Assembly (NCBI GenBank): GCA_043750125.1
Contig: JAYVCD010000208.1
Location: forward strand, 1 to 22,254
Reading direction: 5' to 3'
DNA from: Archangiaceae bacterium
GTDB taxonomy: Bacteria > Myxococcota > Myxococcia > Myxococcales > Myxococcaceae
Length of the DNA stretch: 22,254 nt
A model generated the notes under the pieces. It saw nothing but the letters and a program-made list of their open reading frames with translations. It was not told where the DNA came from and did no database searches. This document shows, piece by piece, positions 16,744-22,254 of the stretch (positions are counted from its first letter, which is position 1; each line of letters opens with the position of its first letter). The position numbers and the translations under genes were made by a program.

Positions 16744-17384
16744 GTGCGCGAGCCCAGGCCCAGGCCGAAGCAAAGTTCATGAAGGGCGAGACCGGCGTGG
16801 ACGGTGCGTCGGGAAAGATGGAAGTGGACCCGGAAGTCGCGCAGCAGGTGAAGGCAACCGAAGCGCTGTACCGGGGTCGGGCCTGGTTGGGGCGAGAGGC
16901 GCTGTGCTGGATCTTGATGAAGAGCGAGTCTTCCGAAGCGCTGTGCAAGGTCGACGGGTTGTCGCTGACGGCGGTGTTCACGGGAAAAATTCTGCTTCGC
17001 GCGGGCTCGGGAGAAGTGACCGAGGTGTCGGCGAAGGGGGTGGCGGCGCCCTATTCCTCGATTGTCCGTTTCGCGTTGAAGCGCAACTTGTTGGTGCACG
17101 GGGCGCGGTTGCAGCTGACCCATGGTGAGCAGACGTTTGAAGTCACGCTGGATGCCGAGCGTTTTGACCTGCGGGGGGCGAAGTTGCCGGCGCTGCTCAA
17201 CGAAGGTGACGAAGGCGAAGAGCTGAATGAGCGACTCGAGCTGGTCTCTCGTCTGGGCCGACTGATCGACGCGCTGATTGAGCAGTTCATCAAGGTGCGC
17301 GTGGGGCCGGGTTGGAAGAAGACGGTGGTCCCGGCGCTGAAAGAATGGTTCGAGGGCGAGCCGACCAAAGCTTCCCGGGCCTGA
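16740..17384 (+). CDS. Conserved hypothetical protein, RdgC-associated/RdgC-like (214 aa)
   Basis: ATGA overlap with the upstream gene; WLGREALCWI, TFEVTLDAERFDL..AKLP, ERLEL, FIKVRVGPGW. Confidence 0.7.
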   Translation: MSARAQAQAEAKFMKGETGVDGASGKMEVDPEVAQQVKATEALYRGRAWLGREALCWILMKSESSEALCKVDGLSLTAVFTGKILLRAGSGEVTEVSAKGVAAPYSSIVRFALKRNLLVHGARLQLTHGEQTFEVTLDAERFDLRGAKLPALLNEGDEGEELNERLELVSRLGRLIDALIEQFIKVRVGPGWKKTVVPALKEWFEGEPTKASRA

Positions 17385-17693
17385 AAAGGTCGGGTTCACT
17401 CTCGACCGACAAACCGGGGTAAATTGAGTCCCAATGTCCGAATGACTTTTACCCCAGAACGGCCAAGACTGTCGTCGAGAGGGGCTGTCGGTTCGAAATG
17501 CCTTTTCCCGTCAATGCCCGCACTCAGCCTGACGAAAACCACAGGGGCCGCCAGGGCGTGTGCCTCGGGGCAAGACGTATCGCCAGGCGCAACTGGCCCG
17601 CACGGGCGAGCTCATCCGACGGCGGTTCCGAGCCGCCCCTGCCACGAGACGAGCAGCTTTCCGTCCTTAATGGTCCGGAAGGAAAAGACGATC

Positions 17694-18986
17694 TCAGGGC
17701 GAGACATGGTGGGGCAGGTACACCAGCAGTGCGACGGCGAGCAACACTCCGACGGCGGTGGCCGCGCCGAAGACGGCGAGCACGGGAAGGGCGTAGGCGC
17801 GGCCGGCTGCGAGGAGCGCGATTCCCGCTTTGACCAGGGTATTGGTTCCGACCGCGATCATGATCGCCAACGCGGCGATGGACAGCGACAGCTCGTTCGA
17901 CGCGGCCTGCCGGCTGACGGCGAGGGTGATGGCATCTACGTCCATCAACCCTGAAATCGCGGCGGTGGCGAGCAGCCCGGCATTTCCAAGCCACTGCTGT
18001 GCGAGGGCGGCCGCGACGAGGATCACCGCGAGCAGCACTCCCCACTTGAGCGCGGGCAGAATCGAAAATGGATTTTCCAGCTCGACTGCTTCCCCGGGCA
18101 CGGGGGGCGAAAGCCTGATCGCCTTCCATTTCCACGCCGCGCCCGCGACGGTGACCGCCGCCATCGCGCCCATCGGCACTGCCAGCTCGAGCGCGACCTT
18201 CGGTGAAATCAACGCCGAAACGATGAAGACCCGAATGAACATCACCGTGCTCGCGAGCATCGTGGCCAGCTGCCCGGGCGCTACCATCGAGGGGGACGCC
18301 CGGGCCTGTTGGGCCATCGACGCGGTCACTGCGGTCGAGCTGGCGAGGCCGCCGACGAGGCCGGTGAGGCCGGCGCCGCGCTGGCTGCCCAGGAAGCGGT
18401 TGAGCCCGTACCCGATGAACCCGATGCCGGCGATCAGCGCGACGAAGATCCCCAGCCGCCGCGGTGAGAGCACCTGCCACGGATCTCGCGCCTCGGTGGG
18501 CAGCAGCGGGAGCACGATCGCCAGCAACACCGCCAGCTGAAGCGTGGACGTGAGGTCCCGGCGCTTCATCTTCGGAACCAGGGTGTTGAACCACGGCTTG
18601 GAAATCAGCAGCAGCATCACCGCCAGCGCGAAGGCCACCGCCAGCAACCGGTGCGCGTGGACCAGCATCCCGAGCAGGAAGGTCGCCAGCGCCGCCACTT
18701 CGGTGGTCAGCCCCCGGCCGGCCCCGAACGGGCTGACGATCGCGACCGTCACCAGGCCCCCGACCACGACCAGCGCCGCCACCGGCAACCACGGGTTGGA
18801 CGGGGCGAAGAGGCCGGCGAGCCAGCCGAACAGCGAGAGCAGCGCGAAGGTCCGCACGCCCATCAGCGCTTCGTGCGGCGTGGGCTGGGCGAGGTTTTCG
18901 TGTTGCTCGCGCTCGAGGCCGATGAACAGCCCGATTCCGATCGCGGTCGCCCCGTCCAACAACAGCGGCAAAGAGGTGTTGTCCAT
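17694..18986 (-). CDS. MgtC/SapB family membrane protein with DUF4010 domain
   Basis: IGLFIGLERE, GVRTFAL, GLTTEVA (MgtC); LPLLP, GGLASSTAVT, SGLMDVDAIT, NTLVKAG (DUF4010). Confidence 0.9.
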   Translation of the reverse strand: MDNTSLPLLLDGATAIGIGLFIGLEREQHENLAQPTPHEALMGVRTFALLSLFGWLAGLFAPSNPWLPVAALVVVGGLVTVAIVSPFGAGRGLTTEVAALATFLLGMLVHAHRLLAVAFALAVMLLLISKPWFNTLVPKMKRRDLTSTLQLAVLLAIVLPLLPTEARDPWQVLSPRRLGIFVALIAGIGFIGYGLNRFLGSQRGAGLTGLVGGLASSTAVTASMAQQARASPSMVAPGQLATMLASTVMFIRVFIVSALISPKVALELAVPMGAMAAVTVAGAAWKWKAIRLSPPVPGEAVELENPFSILPALKWGVLLAVILVAAALAQQWLGNAGLLATAAISGLMDVDAITLAVSRQAASNELSLSIAALAIMIAVGTNTLVKAGIALLAAGRAYALPVLAVFGAATAVGVLLAVALLVYLPHHVSP

Positions 18987-18989
18987 TTC

Positions 18990-19268
18990 CTACCTGCGGG
19001 TGCGCGCGTTCACCATCTCTTCACACACCCGGGTCGCAGCGCGCCGAATGCCCGCGAGGTGGAAGACGATGTCGACGTTCTGCAGCGCCGCGCCCAACGA
19101 TTCTCGCTGGGTCACATCGCCGGTCGCGCGCTCGCAATCGATGCCCGCCAGAGCGGAATCGTCACTTCCCGAGCGAATCAAGCAGCGCACTTTGTCGCCC
19201 CGTTCGACCAGCCGCCGGGCGAGCCACGACCCCAGGAAACCGTTTGCTCCAGTGATCAGGTGTCGCAT
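18990..19268 (-). pseudogene. Truncated NAD-dependent epimerase/dehydratase (extended SDR), N-terminal ~80 aa only
   Basis: MRHLITGANGFLG, GDVT, DIVFHLAG, then an abrupt switch to VCEEMVNARTRR*. No YxxxK motif; 92 aa versus about 320 typical for the family. Confidence 0.8.
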
Positions 19269-19398
19269 CTGTAGGTACTTTCCCTCGAAAAAACGGATCA
19301 AGGGGCTGTTTTTCACTGGAGGCCTTTGCTACTCACCGCGGCCCGGATCTCGTGAGGAGACCGCTAACGTCCCCCTCCAGGGGGAGGAGCCGAAACAA

Positions 19399-19695
19399 AT
19401 GGCCGCGAAGAAAGCTGCGAAGAAGACCACCGCCGCACCGAAGCGAAAGCCGAACGCCGCGTTCATGAAGCCGATGACCCCGTCGTCGCTGTTGGCTGAG
19501 ATTGTCGGCGCGAAGCCACTGCCCCGCACCGAAGTCACCAGCAAGGTCTGGGCGTACATCAAGAAGCACGGTCTGCAGGACGCGAAGGACCGCAAGCAGA
19601 TCAATGCCGATGACAAGCTCAAGGCTGTCTTCGGTGGGAAGAAGTCGGTCAACATGTTCGAGATGACCAAGCTCGTCAGCAAGCACCTCTCCTGA
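19399..19695 (+). CDS. SWIB/MDM2 domain-containing protein with Lys/Ala-rich N-terminal tail (98 aa)
   Basis: GGAGGAG RBS; PRTEVTSKVWAYIKKHGLQD..INADDKLKAVFG..MFEMTKLVSKHL. Confidence 0.95.
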   Translation: MAAKKAAKKTTAAPKRKPNAAFMKPMTPSSLLAEIVGAKPLPRTEVTSKVWAYIKKHGLQDAKDRKQINADDKLKAVFGGKKSVNMFEMTKLVSKHLS

Positions 19696-19720
19696 GGTTT
19701 TTGCCGTAGAGCTTCTCTGG

Positions 19721-19770
19721 AGGGCTCGCTCTTCTTCTCGACGAAGGGCGGGCCCTTTTCATTTCTTTTT
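19721..19770 (+). terminator. Rho-independent terminator after the SWIB gene
   Basis: 14-bp stem AGGGCTCGCTCTTC / GAAGGGCGGGCCCT (two G-U pairs) followed by TTTCATTTCTTTTT. Confidence 0.8.
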
Positions 19771-19806
19771 CCTGAAAGCCTCGCGCGCTAAGTCGACGGG
19801 CTCATC

Positions 19807-21948
19807 GTGACTGCCCCCTTAGAAGTCTGGCCCGGAGTGCCGTACCCCCTCGGAGCTTCCTGCAACGAACGGGGCGTCAACTTCGCCATCTACAGCGAAG
19901 GAGCGACCGCCCTCGAGCTGGTCCTCTTCGACAGTGAAGACCCTTCGAAGCAGACCCACGTCTTCCCGCTGCTCGATGTCACCAACCACGTCTGGCACGG
20001 CTACGTGCCGCAGCTCAAAGAAGGTCAGCTCTACGGCTTTCGGGCCCACGGCCCCTGGGACCCTTCGCGCGGCCTGCGCTTCAACCCCAAAAAGCTGCTC
20101 GTCGACCCCTACGCGAAAGCGGTCAGCGGAAAGCCCGATTGGAAAACGCCCCTGCATGGCAGTGACTTCGACGCCGCGGGAATCGAGAGCCGCAACGACG
20201 GCGACTCGGCTGCGGGCGCTCCGAAGAGCGTGGTCGTCGCCGACGACTTCGACTGGTCGGGCGAGCGCCGTCCCCAGGTGCTGTGGCGCAAGACGGTCAT
20301 CTACGAGCTGCACGTCAAGGGCTTCACCGCCAAACATCCGCGGGTTCCTCCCGAGCTGCAGGGGACCTACCTCGGCCTGGCCCACCCCGGAGTGATTGGC
20401 CATCTCACGTCGCTGGGCATCACCTCGGTGCAGCTGTTGCCGGTGCACGAAGCGGCGTCCGAAGGCTTCATTCTCGAGAAGGGTCTCAGCAATTACTGGG
20501 GCTACAACACGCTGGGCTTCTTCGCTCCGGATCAGCGCTTCTCGTCCAGCGGCGCGCGCGGCGGTCAGGTGCGCGAATTCAAGCAGATGGTGAAGGCGAT
20601 GCACGCGGCGGGAATCGAGGTGCTGCTCGACGTGGTCTACAACCACACCTGCGAAGGCAACGAGCGCGGCCCGACGCTCAGCTTCCGGGGGCTCGACGCG
20701 CCCGTCTGGTACTGGCTCGACCCCGCCCACCCTTCTCGCCACCTCGACTTCACCGGAGTGGGCAACAGCTTGAACATGCGCCACCCGCAGGTGCTCAAGC
20801 TGGTGCTCGATTCGCTGCGCTACTGGGTCACCGAGATGCACGTCGACGGCTTCCGCTTCGACCTCGCGACCACGCTGGGGCGCCGGGGCGGTGGCGAGTT
20901 CGACCCCACCGGGCCGTTCTTCCAGGCGATCAACCAGGACCCGGTGCTCTCGCGGGTGAAGCTGCTCGCCGAGCCGTGGGACATGGGGCTGGGCGGTTAC
21001 CGGGTCGGGCAGTTTCCGCTGCTCTGGGCCGAGTGGAACGACAAGTACCGCGAGAGCATTCGGCGCTTCTGGCGCGGCGATGAACGCCAGGCGGCCGACA
21101 TCGGCTACCGGCTGACGGGCAGCTCGGACCTGATGAAGATTTCTGGCCGCCGTCCGACCGCGAGCCTCAACTACGTCACTTGCCACGACGGGTTCACGTT
21201 GCGAGACCTCGTCAGCTACAACCACAAACACAACGCGCTCAACGGGGAAGACAACCGCGACGGAGCCGATGAGAACCACAGCTTCAACTGCGGCGCCGAA
21301 GGTCCGACCGAAGATCCGCTGGTCAACGCGCTGCGAGATCGCCAGGCGCGCAACCTGCTGGCGACGCTGTTCCTGTCGGTCGGCACTCCGATGATCTGCG
21401 CCGGCGACGAGCTGGGTCGGACCCAGGGGGGAAACAACAACGCGTGGTGCCAGGACAACGAGCTGTCCTGGGTCGACTGGGATCTCGACGAGACCCGCAC
21501 CCACTTTTTGAACTTCGCCCGCGCCTGCCTCAAGCTGCGCCGAGATCACCCGGTGCTGCAGCGCCGCAACTTCTTCCTCGGCTCGACGCTCGAGGACTCG
21601 CACTTTCGGGACCTCGCCTGGTTTTCCCCCGACGGAAAAGAGATGCAGCAGGGCGACTGGGCCCAGCCCCACATTCGCTGCCTCGGCTGGTTTCTGGGGG
21701 GCGACGCGATCGGCGCCCGCGGCCCCGATGGCCGGAAGGTCGTGGGCCAGAGCCTGTTGATCTACGTCAACGCGGGGGCCGAAGAAGTGCCGCTGCAGCT
21801 GCCCGACAACAGCTGGGGCGAAGGGTGGGAAGTGTTGCTCGAGACGACGCGCGACGACCGGGCCCGTCGATCTTTGGATCCCGGGCAGAGAATGGTTTTG
21901 CCCGGCCGCAGTTTGATCGTGATGCAGCAGTTGAGCAAAGTCTTGTAG
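19807..21948 (+). CDS. glgX: Glycogen debranching enzyme (isoamylase, GH13)
   Basis: PYPLGA, LLVDPYAK, IYELHVKGFT, NYWGYNT, DVVYNHT, VDGFRFDLA, AEPWD, YVTCHDGFTL, TQGGNNNAWCQDN. Confidence 0.97.
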   Translation: MTAPLEVWPGVPYPLGASCNERGVNFAIYSEGATALELVLFDSEDPSKQTHVFPLLDVTNHVWHGYVPQLKEGQLYGFRAHGPWDPSRGLRFNPKKLLVDPYAKAVSGKPDWKTPLHGSDFDAAGIESRNDGDSAAGAPKSVVVADDFDWSGERRPQVLWRKTVIYELHVKGFTAKHPRVPPELQGTYLGLAHPGVIGHLTSLGITSVQLLPVHEAASEGFILEKGLSNYWGYNTLGFFAPDQRFSSSGARGGQVREFKQMVKAMHAAGIEVLLDVVYNHTCEGNERGPTLSFRGLDAPVWYWLDPAHPSRHLDFTGVGNSLNMRHPQVLKLVLDSLRYWVTEMHVDGFRFDLATTLGRRGGGEFDPTGPFFQAINQDPVLSRVKLLAEPWDMGLGGYRVGQFPLLWAEWNDKYRESIRRFWRGDERQAADIGYRLTGSSDLMKISGRRPTASLNYVTCHDGFTLRDLVSYNHKHNALNGEDNRDGADENHSFNCGAEGPTEDPLVNALRDRQARNLLATLFLSVGTPMICAGDELGRTQGGNNNAWCQDNELSWVDWDLDETRTHFLNFARACLKLRRDHPVLQRRNFFLGSTLEDSHFRDLAWFSPDGKEMQQGDWAQPHIRCLGWFLGGDAIGARGPDGRKVVGQSLLIYVNAGAEEVPLQLPDNSWGEGWEVLLETTRDDRARRSLDPGQRMVLPGRSLIVMQQLSKVL

Positions 21949-21960
21949 CTTCGGAGCGAC

Positions 21961-22254
21961 GTGGGCACGCCTCTTCTCTGGATCAGTTTCCTGGCCGGCG
22001 TGCTCACGCTGGTCGTCATCGACCTGACTCTGGTCAAGGCGCAGGGCGGGACAGTTTCGGTCAAAGCCGCTGCGCTGTGGGTCGCGGTCTACGTCAGCCT
22101 CGCGCTGGGTTTCGCAGGGTTTCTCTACACCCAGGGCGGAGTGAAGACCGCCGGTACGTTCCTCACCGTCTACGTCATCGAGTACGCGCTCTCGGTCGAC
22201 AACCTCTTCGTCTTCCTCGTCATCTTCAGCTACTTCAAGATCAAGAAAGACGCG
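21961..22254 (+). CDS. TerC/Alx family membrane protein (partial, runs off the window)
   Basis: Not in the ORF track. GGAG RBS plus GTG at 21961; translates MGTPLLWISFLAGVLTLVVIDL...FLTVYVIEYALSVDNLFVFLVIFSYF, with the TerC signature LSVDNLFVF. Confidence 0.9.
   Translation, partial: MGTPLLWISFLAGVLTLVVIDLTLVKAQGGTVSVKAAALWVAVYVSLALGFAGFLYTQGGVKTAGTFLTVYVIEYALSVDNLFVFLVIFSYFKIKKDA

Noticed and set aside
17424..17954. Small + strand ORFs in the gap after the RdgC-like pair
   Set aside because: No RBS or motifs, low-complexity translation, and they run antisense into the MgtC-family gene.
18544..19398. Long N-terminal extension on the SWIB ORF (383 aa)
   Set aside because: Overlaps two - strand genes; a strong RBS marks ATG 19399 as the start.
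19819..21672. 617-aa - strand ORF
   Set aside because: Antisense shadow of glgX; no motifs.
1..22254. Mobile element, prophage, tRNA or rRNA
   Set aside because: No transposase, integrase or phage motifs, terminal repeats or RNA-gene signatures were recognised.

Overview
GC-rich bacterial DNA, most consistent with a myxobacterium (Myxococcota). This is inferred from DAG-repeat linkers, FHA-domain sigma54 activators, a ferritin-like lipoprotein and a Cys-rich repeat lipoprotein. Gene order: partial hypothetical; FHA protein (-); SNF2 ATPase plus SWIM Zn-finger pair; ferritin-like lipoprotein behind a clear sigma54 promoter; broken type-B carboxylesterase; USP plus VIT1/CCC1; a 3' remnant of an FAD-dependent oxidoreductase back-to-back with an unknown ORF; FHA/degenerate-GGDEF/AAA+ sigma54 activator divergent from an exported cupin, with a sigma54 promoter and palindromic enhancer between them; HAD-IB/LarA-like/TetR operon (-); Cys-rich repeat lipoprotein; two coupled RdgC-like genes followed by a structured intergenic region; MgtC/DUF4010 membrane protein; truncated NAD-dependent epimerase; SWIB protein; glgX; partial TerC-family gene. 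No tRNA, rRNA, transposase or CRISPR array was seen. Best leads: the candidate phosphothreonine/c-di-GMP dual-input sigma54 circuit, the HAD/LarA-like operon, a possible two-state RNA after the RdgC-like pair, and four apparent large deletion scars. All family assignments come from motif recognition, not database searches.
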